Below are positions 23,513-36,110 of a stretch of 64,000 nucleotides of DNA, in pieces. Below the pieces are notes generated by a model. It made no database searches. It was given only the letters and a program-made list of their open reading frames with translations, and was not told the origin of the DNA. Source of the stretch: Octopus sinensis (Eukaryota). A program made the translations under genes and the position numbers. The stretch lies in contig NC_043008.1 in assembly GCF_006345805.1 (NCBI RefSeq), positions 51,150,001-51,214,000 on the forward strand, read 5' to 3'. The stretch's first letter is position 1, and each line of letters starts with the position of its first letter.

Positions 23513-24037
23513 CACTGGCGTAGCTAGGTTTCACAGTTAGGGAGTGCGAACACATGCAAAAAGGCGCCATGACACATACCAGAGAATTTGTAATTCATTT
23601 CTCTTATATATCATGAAATATTTCATTAGTTATAATATATGTAATTCTAATCTATATTCATTAATTTCATGTTTCTGTAATGATGTCGTTATATTGAAAT
23701 TTACAACTACTGATATAGGTGTGATGTGGAAAAAGACGAAACTCTGCAGGATCGTCCGGTGTTGAGAAGGTTATGATGTCAGGGTTTGATTTGGTTTCTC
23801 AGATGTCAGCGGCCACCAACACGTCAAAGGAGATTGAGCAGACAGTTTAGAAATAAGGGAAGCTGGTCAAATAAAGTAATGATTCCAGAAAATTCTTCCA
23901 AGGCCATGCGGTTAACAAAAAACAGAGAGATTTGACCTTTATCGCCCAAGTGAACTAAAGAATAAAAGAAAAGTGTTAGAAAGGCGCCAAATTTGCAAAA
24001 TGCAATTGGCGTAGGGGGCAATCTTGCTATGTCACAG
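23513..24037. mobile_element. hAT-type non-autonomous element (MITE)
   Basis: Degenerate TIRs CACTGGCGTAGCTAG and CTTGCTATGTCACAG (consensus CAGTGGCGTAGC), with an 8-bp TSD CCAATAGG (23505-23512) / CCAATAGT (24038-24045). Confidence 0.65.
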
Positions 24038-24069
24038 CCAATAGTAGCCTAAGTTGGTGGTTTTGCTCG

Positions 24070-24387
24070 GGTAGAAACAGACTCTTATACTATTCTGACG
24101 AAATTATCTCCATTCTATTCCCTTCAAGGCCGTTTGCTCAAAAGTGTTCTTATCTAATTAGACTGCTGAGAGTTTACACTTCAGCCTGTCTCTATAGCTG
24201 AGCCATGGTCAACCAACATTCCTGTGTCCACTCTCAAGCTAACTGGACATGAGAACTTTGGGTATTCTTTCGTCACTCATTCTGACAACATGACCAGCCC
24301 AGTGCAATTGTGGTTGCATACGGAAGGTCTCAATTCCACCAATCTTAACACTTGCTAAAGAGGCTGGCATTAGACAATCTGTCTTTT
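24070..24387 (-). mobile_element. RTE-clade LINE ORF2 remnant
   Basis: GIETFRMQPQLHWAGHVVRMSDERIPKVLMSS*LESGHRNVG*PWLSYRDRLK matches the QLRWAGHVVRM.D.R.PK...L..G.R..G.P...YKD.LK motif. It contains stop codons. Confidence 0.9.
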
Positions 24388-24394
24388 AGTGAAT

Positions 24395-24472
<78 letters not shown>

Positions 24473-24869
24473 GTCTATCTATCTACCTATTTACTATCTA
24501 GCAATCTATATGTATGTGTATATATATATATATATATATTTATATATACGCATGTATATATATATATGTATATTTATATATACATATGCATGTATACATA
24601 AATACACTTATATATGTATATACACACACACATACATACGTATGTATGTATATGTGTGTGCGTATGTGTGTTTAAGTACATGTGTATGCATGTATCTATA
24701 ATATGTATATACACGTGTATATATATATATATGTATATATACGAGTATGTGTGTATGTATACACATATACATAAATACACCCATATATACATACATACGT
24801 ACATACATGCATACGTACGCACGTATGTATGAATAGCTGATTGCATACACATAGTGTTACACCAGCTAA

Positions 24870-25110
24870 CAAAAACACATTTCCGAGAATGTTTGAAAAT
24901 TGGAGCAAATCTAAGGACCTGGAGATTAAAATCAGAAGAACGCGGCATTTCAAAGGAACAACATCACCTATTATTACCTGGACACTTGGAACGATACCAA
25001 GAGGAGTAAATTCACTTATTTGGCAGCCCCGAAATAAGTGGGTTGCAAAAGATCATGCTTATGAGAACCTCGCGTATTCTATGCAGATTCCTTTCCATGT
25101 AAAATCAACC
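24870..25110 (+). mobile_element. Old Dong/R4-clade LINE 3' remnant
   Basis: ENWSKSKDLEIKIRRTRHFKGTTSPIITWTLGTIPRG resembles EKLSKYKDLEIEI.RMW..KT..VPVIIGALG.I.KG, the end of the RLE domain. Confidence 0.65.
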
Positions 25111-25375
25111 AGAATTATTGTTGTTGTTGTTGTTGTTTTTATCAGAAGCATGCAGCTCACCTCTTAGCATTTTTACCTGCAAAACCTTGTTGTCTCTTGA
25201 CGTATGTGGCTGAGACTTGGGTGAAATTCGTATGGATTAAAGCAAAGTCAATGCATATTAATGATGATGATACTAATAACAATAACAATAACAATAATAA
25301 TGATAATAATAATAACAACAACAACAACAACAACAACAATAATAATATTAATAATAATAATAATAATAATAATAA

Positions 25376-25416
<41 letters not shown>

Positions 25417-25421
25417 TGATG

Positions 25422-25491
<70 letters not shown>

Positions 25492-25493
<2 letters not shown>

Positions 25494-26014
25494 TAACAAG
25501 TATGGACTTGACAGAGCAAAAAAATTGGTACGACCACAAAGCTGAAGGCATCGACGAAAATAGAAATGCAATGATCCTATGGGATTTTATGATTCAGTGC
25601 GACCATGTGATAGAGAATAGGAAGCCGGACATAGTCTTAATTAAGAAAGAAACAAACTATGCATGATCATAGATATATTATGTCTAGCTGAAAACAAGGT
25701 ATGCGATAAGGAAGAAAGAAAAGTCGAGAGATATGACAGGTTAGCTTGGGAAGTTAAGCAATTGTGGTCGATGTAAAAGCTAGCAGTAGTACCAATAATT
25801 GTCGGATCCCTGGGAACAGTGAGCAAAAATCTCGAGAAGAACGTGGAACAAATAAGGGCTGCAATAAGGGGGAAGCACTTGCAGAAAACAGCACTGCTTA
25901 GAACCGCTCGAATAATCCGGAAGGTGATCGAAAAATAAGAGGTGTTACCTTAGTTCACTGGTAGTGAACAGCTGACACTGTAATACATTTCCAGCGTTAG
26001 AAATTGTTATAAGG
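25492..26014 (+). mobile_element. Dong/R4-clade non-LTR retrotransposon, 5'-truncated (restriction-like endonuclease domain plus 3'UTR), within (TAA)n
   Basis: WYDHKAEGIDENRNAMILWDFMIQCDHVIENRKPDIVLI..IIDI...KEERKVERYDRLAWEVKQLW..VVPIIVGSLG...LQKTALLRTARIIRKVIEK* with frameshifts and a stop. (AAT)n lies on both sides. Confidence 0.9.
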
Positions 26015-26056
26015 CAACAACAACAACAACAACAACAACAATAATAATAATAATAA

Positions 26057-26608
26057 ATGCCCTGATGCAGTACTAGGCAGTGGCTCTCATGGCTTCTGAT
26101 CTTAAATTATTGGAAGTGCTATCATGTACATGTTTTGTGTTGGTATAAAAGACGGGCTATAGCAAATATTCTGCTGAATACCACAGATTTGCTTGTCAGT
26201 TGGCTGACCTTAACCAGTTGACCATGTCCCTTAGTGGCTGACAATAGGTGCATCTCTGATCACGAGCAGAAGTAATGGGGGAGCATTATAGCCATGTGTT
26301 GAGAGGAATTCTTTGGGATTTGGATAGTTCACCTTCAGAAATATGTTTTGTTCATCGTCCTTAAACAACCCTTATTCAGGGACCTTCTGAGCGGAGTGGG
26401 CTATTCGACCTGAAGAAAATTCTAACTAGGCCCCACCTGCAGGGCCATCAACAAGACAGCATTGTTGGATACAGCTCGCATTCTAAGGAGAGTATTGTCT
26501 GTTTGAGTTACAAGAGAAGGCACTACTTGAAACCTTTGGTGATTTGTTATTGCCTGCTTTCTAGTAAAGAACAACTGGAAATTAAGAACTATCCGAGAGT
26601 CTTTCAGA
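26057..26608 (+). mobile_element. Dong-related composite: about 390 bp of non-coding sequence joined to a Dong 3' end
   Basis: Starts right after (TAA)n. 26447-26506 encodes INKTALLDTARILRRVLSV*, followed by a 3'UTR and (AAT/AAC)n. Confidence 0.6.
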
Positions 26609-27549
26609 ATAACAACAATAACAACAACAGCAACAATAAAAGTAATAATAATAATGGTTTCAAATTTTGCCACAAGGGTGACCTCGAAAGGGTAAAAGGC
26701 AAAGTCGACCTTTGAACTCAGAAAGTAAAGCCGGATGACATACCGCCAAGCATTTTTGCCTAGCGTGGTAACGATTCTGCCAGCTCAGTGTCTTGAATAA
26801 TGGTTTGAAATTTTGGCACATGGACCCCAAGTGTACAACTGGTACTTATTTTATCGACTCTGAAAGGGTTAAAGTTAAAGTCGACCTTGGCTAAACTGGA
26901 CTCAGAACATAAAACCGGATGAAATGCCGCTAAGTATTTTACCCGCGTTGTAAAAATGATAATCGTCGTATTGACTGTGATTTCGAAGTTTTTCCAGCGG
27001 CTGACAGCTTGTACAAATTTCGAAGTCCCTCTCAATAAGATGGCTAATAATGTTAAACCCTAGGGTTTAAGTAATTCAGTACTTACGTTGTTGCATTAGA
27101 CACATTTACAGAACAATTAAACTAAAGGGATGTAAATGGACCAACACCGATTGTCATGCGGTGGGGCAACAATCACAGACAGAATGACGCATACACACCC
27201 ATGCGTTCATATATATGTATGCGTGTGTATGTGTGTGTGTGATGGGCTACTTTCAGTTTCCGTCTACTCAATCCACACGTGATACTTTGATCAGCCTAGG
27301 GTTATAGTAGAATAAACCTGCCTAAGGTGACACGCAGAGGAGGTGAACCTTGAACCATGTGGTTGGGAAGCAAATTTCTTACCACACGTCCAGGCCTCTG
27401 TTTATGCCTATGCATACATACACACACACACATACATACATATTTACATACATAATACATGCATATGTATATGTGTGTGTGTGTGTGTGTATGTATGTAT
27501 GGATATATGTATATATAAATATATATATATATATCTCTCTCTCTCTCTA

Positions 27550-27600
<51 letters not shown>

Positions 27601-27614
27601 GCACATTGTTATTC

Positions 27615-27873
27615 CTGGCGAGGGATACAGTGCCTTAATATGACACACACACCGGTTCAATTTCCACTCATTCATTTATTTATTCCAGAAAGCATTTTCC
27701 TCGCTGCCGCTGCGACTGTATCGATGGATTTTCACTCGGACAGTCAGAGTAAAAATATATTGATACGGTCGCAAATGCAACGACGAAAAAGCAATCTGGA
27801 ATAAGCAAACAAATAAATGAGTGGAAATTGAACCGGTGAGTGTGTCATATTGAGTCCCTATGACCCTCCCCAG
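27615..27873. repeat. 259-bp near-complete palindrome (foldback MITE-like)
   Basis: Left arm CTGGCGAGGG..AATATGACACACACACCGGTTCAATTTCCACTCATT..TTATTCCAGA..TGCGACTGTATCGAT..TTTTCACTCGGAC pairs with right arm GTCAGAGTAAAAA..ATTGATACGGTCGCA..TCTGGAATAA..AATGAGTGGAAATTGAACCGGTGAGTGTGTCATATT..CCCTCCCCAG, with almost no loop. Confidence 0.9.
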
Positions 27874-27931
27874 ACACTACAAAATTTGTTTCAACACAAA
27901 AGTCTTAAATCTGAATTACTTAAACGAAGTA

Positions 27932-27962
<31 letters not shown>

Positions 27963-28599
27963 TGTGTGTGTGTGGTGTGTGTGTGTGTTTGTGTGTTTGT
28001 GGGTAGGTCGATGCATAGAGAGAATGGTAGGCAGGTCGCTACATAAATATATATATATATATACATACATATGTATATATATATATATATATATGTTAAG
28101 GTATGTAGAAAAATACAACATGGACAAGAACGTATAACTCATAGAAGACGATACAATAAACATGGACAGGACATTCGAACCCCTCAGTCTTCAGTCAAGA
28201 ACCGGATCATCGTAGTAATTTCGGCTGATTAATCTTGAGATTACATGCGTGTGTGTGTGTGTGTGTGTGTGTATATGTATGTGTGTGCATGCTTCAATAT
28301 CGACATGCACTTTACATACAGGCATGCGTACATGCACATATATGCATGCAAATATACATATGATATGTGTGCATACATGCACGAATGTATGTATAACTTT
28401 ACTTATGTTATTTCGACCCCGAAAGTATGACAGGTAAAGTCGATCTCGGCGGAATTCGAACTCAGAACATGGAGACGGACGAAATGTCGCTAAGTGTCGG
28501 GGAAGGACCTACTACTATACCTGCGCTGCCACACCTGTACGGGATAGCTCGTGCTAAGGATTATTCAGTCACATTAATCATAATCATAAACAGTTGTTT

Positions 28600-29165
28600 G
28601 TTTTGTTTGTTTAATCATCATCATCATCATCATCCGTTTCTTCCTACCATCCTTCTAATTATCATAATCATCATCCTCATTATTATGACCATTGCCATCA
28701 CCACCACCACCAACAACAACAACATCGCCATCCACATCCTCCCCTTCTCATCCCCTTCTCATCCCATCCTCCTCATCATCGTCGTCATCATCATCATCAT
28801 CATCATCATTAATATCATCATCATCATCATCATCATCATCGTCATCATCATCATCGTCATCATCATCATCGTCGTCGTCGTCGAACTCATATTTGTCATC
28901 AACAACATATTTATAATAATAATCGTCACCATTGTCATCATCACCACCATCGTCATCATCATCATCGACTATAACAATCATCTATTATCCTCATCATTAT
29001 CGTCATCGTCACCCTCCGCTCCCTCCTCTTCATTATCATCATCTTCATCGTAAACTACAATGTAACTTTTCTTAACATTTTTCTATCCTTTTTACATATT
29101 TTTTGCAATGTGTTTATATGCCGTGTTGTCTGTTTACTTCTTGTTATTATTGCTATTATTATGAA

Positions 29166-29250
<85 letters not shown>

Positions 29251-29280
29251 ACTACTGCTACTACTACTACTACTACTACT
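28600..29280. repeat. Compound trinucleotide microsatellite field: (ATC)n, (TAC)n, (TGC)n
   Basis: Directly visible in the sequence; the source of the poly-I/S/D/A pseudo-ORFs. Confidence 0.95.
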
Positions 29281-29286
29281 CCGAAC

Positions 29287-29503
29287 AAGGCGATGAGCTG
29301 GTAGAATCGTTAGCATGCCGGGCAAACATGTTTCAAGTCATTTCGTCCGTGTCTACATTCTGAGTTCAAATTCCACCGAGGTCGACTTTGCCTTTCACCC
29401 TTTCGGAGTCAATAAATTAGGTACCAGTGAAACACTGGGGTCAACGTAATCGACTAGTCCCCTTTCCCCCAAATTTCAAGGCCATGTGCTCTCAGTAGAA
29501 ACG

Positions 29504-29547
<44 letters not shown>

Positions 29548-29998
29548 CATCATCATTATTATTACTATTATTATTATCATTATTTTTATCATAGTCATTA
29601 TTATTATTATTATTAATATTATTATTATTATTATTATTATTATCATTATTATGATCAGCATCATCATCATCATCATCCCTCTCCCCTCCACCTCCTCCTC
29701 ATCATCATCATCATCATTATTATTATCATTATCATTGTTGCTGGCAGAACCATTTGCACGCTGAACAATATGTTTATCAGTATTTCTCCCGTCGCTAAGT
29801 TCTGAGTTCAAATTCCGCTGAAGTCGACCTTGACTTTCATTCTTTCTGGGTTGATGAAATAAATACCAGTTACGCACTGGGGTCAATGTAATGGACTACC
29901 CCACTCCCTGAAAATTTCAGGCGTTGTGCCTATAACAGAAAGGACTATTATCATCATCATCATTATTATTAATATTATCATTATTAGTATTATTATAG
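29287..29998 (+). mobile_element. Two tandem family A SINEs (tail type 2) with (ATT/ATC)n tails, ending about 20 bp from the nAChR splice donor
   Basis: Copies at 29287-29505 and 29740-29945, each followed by a trinucleotide tail. Both are antisense to the gene. Confidence 0.85.
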
Positions 29999-30018
29999 TT
30001 TGTTTTCTTTCTACTTAC

Positions 30019-30270
30019 CACATCAATCATCTGTGACAGACGTATTCCTAATTTTACGGTCAGTTTGTCCGTGTTATTTCCGACCGGACGTATAAGTTTG
30101 TTGTATCCGCGTTTCCGAAGTAAGTCATCGTAGAGTCTTTTAGCATCGTGGTTAGCCAAACACACCAACATGAAACTGTACACCAAAATATAACCGAAAA
30201 TCTTGCCTGCCGTCGATGTTCCATTGAAACATGTTGATCTATGATGTTCCTGTTTTTCTACTGTGGCCAT
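30019..30270 (-). CDS. First coding exon (84 codons) of a nicotinic acetylcholine receptor alpha-type subunit (Cys-loop ligand-gated ion channel), most like the insect alpha1-4 / molluscan neuronal alpha group
   Basis: Translation MATVEKQ...[62 protein letters not shown]. It has a hydrophobic signal peptide followed by the diagnostic nAChR alpha N-terminus ([12 protein letters not shown]..YNxLIRPV.N....LTVxLGxRLSQLIDV) with the conserved N-glycosylation sequon NNT. The start context is good (GCAAGATGG). The exon ends GAT GTG|GTAAGT, a phase-0 donor at the intron position conserved after IDV in nAChR genes. The exact orthologue cannot be assigned from one exon. Confidence 0.95.
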
Positions 30271-30475
30271 CTTGCCGCGCCGAGCGTTGTTCTGTTAGTG
30301 TGTTTGTGTGGGCTTGCCTGTATGTATGTGTGTGTGTGTGCGTGTGTGCGTGTGTGTGTGTGTGTGTGTGTGCGATGTTTGTCGTTATTCCGTTATTCGG
30401 TGTTCGTTTTCTTTATTCTTTCCTTCTCTTCTTTTCTGGTTGTTTACGTCCTAGTCAGAAAAAAGTAAGAACATG
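30271..30475 (-). other. 5'UTR part of the nAChR ATG exon and its probable splice acceptor (exon start 30450)
   Basis: The minus strand reads ttcttacttttttctgactag|GACGTAAAC: a polypyrimidine tract and AG acceptor 180 nt upstream of the ATG. The UTR contains an (AC)n tract. This implies one or more non-coding exons further upstream. Confidence 0.55.
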
Positions 30476-30510
30476 TATGTATATATATATACGTATGTTT
30501 GTATATACAC

Positions 30511-30572
<62 letters not shown>

Positions 30573-30589
30573 ATGTATATATGTATGTA

Positions 30590-31440
30590 TAGAGAGAAAT
30601 TGGGAGGGAAAGAGAGGAGGGAGAAAGGAAGAAATAGTGAGACAGAATAGTGTGGAAAAAAATAGACAGACGGAAAGGGAGAGAGAGAGAGATTGAGAAA
30701 GAGAGGCAGAAAGTACTGTGTATGAGAATGTGAGAGTGAGAGAGAGATAGACAGAAGGAAAGGAATGATTATATATGTGAGAGGGGGAAAATGTACTGTG
30801 AAAGACAAAGAGAGAGATGGGGGTGGAAATGAAAGAAAGGAAGAGGGAGAGAGAGGGAGGTTCAGAGTAGGAGAAAGTAAGAGAAATAAAGGTTAATTAA
30901 GAGAGAGAGAGAGAGTGATGATTAGAGAAGTAAGAAGAAAGAGGTTAAGGTAGAAAAGAGAAAAAATTGTGGCCGAGAATGTGTGTGAGTGTGTGAGTGT
31001 GTGAGAGAGAGAAAGAGAGAGAGAGAGAGAGAAGGGAGAGGAATGGAGAGAGGAAGACGAGGAAAGAGAGAGAGTAAGAGAGAGGGTGAGAGAGAGAATG
31101 TTATAGAGGATGGGAAAAACAACAAAAGCAGATGAAAGTAGTGTTATGTGTAGGTTTGTGTGTGTGGTGAGGAGAGGAAGAAAAGGAGAAAAATAGAGAG
31201 AGAGAGAGCGAGGGAGAGAAAGAGAGAGATCAAGACAGAGAGGAAGAGGAAGAGAGATGTTGAGGCAGGACAGGTTGTTGTAGAAGAAGCATCGAGGTGA
31301 GGAGAGAAAGAAGGAAAGAGAGAAACAAAGAAAGAAAGAAAGAAAGAAAGAAAGAGAGAAACAAAGAAAAGCTGATGTAAACGTTCTTTCTGTTAGATAA
31401 CAGTTTCACTCACACACAAACACACATACACAATAACAAA

Positions 31441-31471
<31 letters not shown>

Positions 31472-31835
31472 AATAAACTCTCTCTTTCTCTCACACACAA
31501 TATTTATCTATATCTACTTCTCTGTCTGTGGGTGTCTCTCTCACTCTCTTTCTGTCTTACTCTGACTCTTTCTTTCATCCATATCTCTCGTGATTAGCTG
31601 TCTATCTCTATCTATTTACCTACCTACCTACCTACCTGTCTACCTACATATATACATACATACATACATACATTATCTATCTATCTAGCCCTATCTCTGT
31701 ATCTATCAATCTATTGTCAATCTACCTATCTGTCTGTCTGTCTCTCACTCATTCACTTTCTCTCTCTGTAGCTATCTATCTATCTGTCTAGTTCTCTCTC
31801 TCTCTCTCTCTCTCCTCTTTCTATATGTTTGTTTG

Positions 31836-31889
<54 letters not shown>

Positions 31890-31977
31890 AATCTATCTAT
31901 CTATTTATCTATTTCTCTCTCTCTATCTATCTGCCTATCTGTCTGTGTGTCTGTGTGGATGTCTGTCTGTTTCTCTG

Positions 31978-32047
<70 letters not shown>

Positions 32048-32048
32048 C

Positions 32049-32119
<71 letters not shown>

Positions 32120-32120
32120 C
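30590..32120. repeat. Purine/pyrimidine-biased (GA)n/(GAAA)n field followed by (CTAT)n arrays
   Basis: Directly visible low-complexity sequence upstream of the ATG exon. Confidence 0.9.
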
Positions 32121-32459
32121 CTACATTGTACTAATAGCTCTGAACGATGGCTTCTAACGAAAATAAGTAGGTACTGTTAGTTGATCTCTGTTGGGCAATG
32201 TTGGGGTTTGAAATAGATGGTGGTGCTAGTGATGATGATGATGGCGGCGGTGGTGTTGGTGATAACGATGCTGGTGATTATAGTGGCGGTGATGATGATG
32301 ATCGTGGCTATGTTCGAGGTTTTTGTAGCGGTTATGTTAAAGGTTGTGGTGGTAGTGGTATATTTTGTGGGGGCGGTGCCTGAAATTTTTTAATAAGTTT
32401 TGTTTTTTAACAAAAGCCCATGGCCATCCCTCTGAGAAGCGGGGACAGGTCGAAAAAGA

Positions 32460-32745
32460 AATCATGCGGCCATGCTGGGGCACCGCCATAAAGTATTTTA
32501 AGTCGAATGACTCAACTACAGAATATTTTTCGCTTTAGCCTGGTACTAATTCTGAAGAAACCGTTTGGCTGAACCGCTCCATTATGGGGACGTAAACACA
32601 CCAATACCGGTTGTCAAAGCCGAAGTCGGGGGAAAACACGGATACAAAGACACTCACACATGTTACATCTGTATACATATATATATTAGATATATAAATA
32701 TATATATATATATATATCGACAACACACACAGATATATATATCTA

Positions 32746-32782
<37 letters not shown>

Positions 32783-33025
32783 ATATATATATATATATTA
32801 TATATATATATATGGTGTGTGTGTGTGTGTATGCATATACATATACACATACACACCGACGGGCTTCTTTCAGTTTCTGTGTACCAAATCCCAATCCACT
32901 GACAAGGCGTTGGTCAGCCCGAGGCTATGACTGAAGATCCTTGTCCAAGGTGCCACGCAGTGGGACCGAACTGAACCAGGAACTTCGAGGTTCGGAAGCA
33001 TATTCTTACCACACAGCTCACGCCT
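32460..33025 (-). mobile_element. Family B SINE with an expanded internal microsatellite
   Basis: Both halves of the 61419-61841 consensus are present in reverse, separated by about 200 bp of TA/TG repeats. Confidence 0.85.
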
Positions 33026-33056
33026 ATATATATATATATAATATATATGTATATAT

Positions 33057-33100
<44 letters not shown>

Positions 33101-33385
33101 GAATGCAATTGAAGAAATTGGAGTCAACAATAAGTACTCCTTCTTGTTGACTCCAGATTCTTCAATTACCTTTTCACACGGGACAGATGCCCAAACGCTA
33201 ACCTGGAAGTCCGTATAATACTACTACTGGATAGCAGAATATGAAATCTGAAGGTGGACGAGCTTTGTACTTTACTCTGCTATGTTCTTAACAGAATATA
33301 CCATAACTATATATATATATATACAGAGAGAGAGGAGAGAGAGAGAGAGAGAGAAAAGTATGCATATGCGCACATATATATATAT

Positions 33386-33617
33386 ATTTCTTTACTACCC
33401 ACGAGGAGCTAAACACAGAGGGGACAAACAAGGACAGACAAACGGATTAAGTCGATTATATCGACTCCAGTGCGTAACTGGTACTTAATTTATCGACCCC
33501 GAAAGGATGAAAGGCAAAGTCGACCTCGGCGGAATTTGAACTCAGAACGTAACGGCAGACGAAATACGGCTACGCATTTCGCCCGGCGTGCTAACGTTTC
33601 TGCCAGCTCGCCGCCTT
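33386..33617 (-). mobile_element. Young full-length family A SINE (tail type 1) with a TSD of about 19 bp
   Basis: Very close to the 720-952 sequence. TATGCGCACATATATATAT lies at 33365-33383 and 33618-33636. Confidence 0.9.
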
Positions 33618-33904
33618 TATGCGCACATATATATATGCGCACATATATATACACTACACAAATAATTATGCGTAATTATACGTACATAAACAGAAATACA
33701 TATACACACACATATAGAACTGTATATATGTGTACGAGTATGTTTATCTATACACCCCTAACACACACACACAGACACACAGACACACACACATGTATTT
33801 CACTTAATATTATAAACACCGGAAAATTGCATTATAACTGGCTGACAGCTTTTGATTATAAACTCTACTCGAACACGGCTTAACTTGGGACAAGCAACGA
33901 CAGT

Positions 33905-34660
33905 CCCTTCTACTATAGATATAAGTCTTGAAACTTTCCGGGAAGGAGACTGTCGATTACATCGACCCCCCAGGGATCAGCTGGTAGGGATTTTATCGAT
34001 CCCATGTGGAAGAAAAACAAAGTCGACCTCGGCGGAATTTGAACTTAAAACGTAGAGATGGACAAAATGCCACGAAGCATTTTTGTCCGGCCTGCTAACG
34101 ATTCTGCCAGCTCGCCTCATTATGGTACAAACAACGAAAGTAATTCTGCCTACATCCTACCATAGTGTTAAACATTACGTTGAGACAACGGAAGACCAGC
34201 TGGCGATTGATAGATACCGAGTTCAAATCTTGAAGAGACGTTTATATTACTCCGTCGCAAATTTTTATACTGACTCTTATAATATTCTATAAAGAATATA
34301 GGCAGAAGGCTTGAAATATTAGGTGAAGTAGGGCAGTCGAGTGCACCGTCCTCAGTATATAACTGGTACTAATTTTATCGACCCCGAGAAAATAAATGAA
34401 AGGCAAAGTCAACTTCTGTGGAATTTGAACTCAGAAGGGACGAAATGCCGCAAAGCATTCCACCCGGCGTGCTAACGACTCTGCCAGATCGACGCACTTC
34501 TGACTTGTCTAATATCGGTTTCAAATTTTAGCACGACGCCAGCAAATTCGGGGTCGTGGGAAAGTTGATTTCCATCCATCCCCAATGACCAACTAGTAGC
34601 TATTTTATCGATCCAGAAATGATGACAGGCGAAGTTGACTTCGGCGGAATTTGAACTCAG
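33905..34660 (-). mobile_element. Three further co-oriented degenerate family A SINEs
   Basis: Cores AAAGTCGACCTCGGCGGAATTTGAACT at about 34020, 34405 and 34632. Confidence 0.8.
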
Positions 34661-35338
34661 GACTCAACACAAACAAACATTCATAGTATCCCATGGATGT
34701 CTGTTTGTTTCTGTTGACATCGCAGCTCAACGAGATGCTGAAGTCGACAGTTTTAATGTTCTTCAAGGTGTTGTCTTGATGTTGTTGTTGTTGTTGTTGT
34801 TTTTGTTATTGTTGTTTAGTACAGGTAATCTTCAATCGTTTCACTTTTAGTAATCTTTTTAATAAAAAGTTTTCTTTTTAATTTGCGTCGGTCCCTTTTG
34901 AGACAGTAACGTGGATTTAGCTATGATGTCTAGCATGTTGAGGGATCGGGCATGTGTATTTATGTATATTTATGTATATGTGTATGTGCGTACATAATAT
35001 GTACATATGTGTGTGTGTATGTGTGTGTGTATGTACATATGTACGTATTGATGTATACATATGTGTTTCTACGTATGTACTTATGAATATATGTATGCAT
35101 GTAATGATGTACGTATGGATGGATGGATGGATGGATGGATGAAGATGGAGAGGTTGATGAATGGTTAACCGGTGAAACAAATTGATAGATAGACTGATAC
35201 ATATATAAATAGACCGAAGGCAGACAGACAGATAGATATAAAAAATTATTAAAACACACACAAGCACACACACACACACGCACACACACACCACACACAC
35301 ACATATTTATATATATATATATATATCTAAATAGATAA

Positions 35339-35405
<67 letters not shown>

Positions 35406-35996
35406 CATTTATAAATAGACCGAAGTCAGACAGGTAGATAGATAAATATAAATAAACAAATTTCTCTCTCTATATATATATAGTGAGACAGAGAGAGAGA
35501 ATGATAGATAGATAGACAGACAGACAGACACACAGCCAGCCAGACAGACAGGTAGGGAGGTGGGTATGTAGGAAGGTAGGTAGGTAGGAAAGGTAGATAG
35601 GTAGGTAAAGAGATTAGGTAACAGAAAGTGGGACACGGTGAGAGAAAAAGAGAGAACGAGAGAGAGAGAAAGATTGAGCAAAGTAGGTGAAAACATAGGG
35701 CAGAAGGAAGGCTTCTCAGCAATAATTCATATACAAATTATATTTATGCCAGTATACACACACACACACAAACACACACATACACACCACGCATACCAAC
35801 ATAAATACACACATGCACACACATACACGCGAGCATATATGTCTACATATATCCATATATACGTACAAAGCTAAACACGCGTATATTCATTCATACAAAC
35901 ACATATTTTGTTATAGGTAAACTAATGCACGGATTCCTGCAAATGCTTATACGCATGCACAGAGAAAAGCATATATATATATATATATATGTATAT

Positions 35997-36037
<41 letters not shown>

Positions 36038-36078
36038 TAGATAAAGAGATAGATAGATAGATACACAGATACACAGTG

Positions 36079-36110
<32 letters not shown>

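Noticed and set aside
30019-30270. Cephalopod chemotactile receptor
   Set aside because: The sequence is very close to canonical alpha subunits and has the conserved intron after IDV. Chemotactile receptors are strongly diverged.
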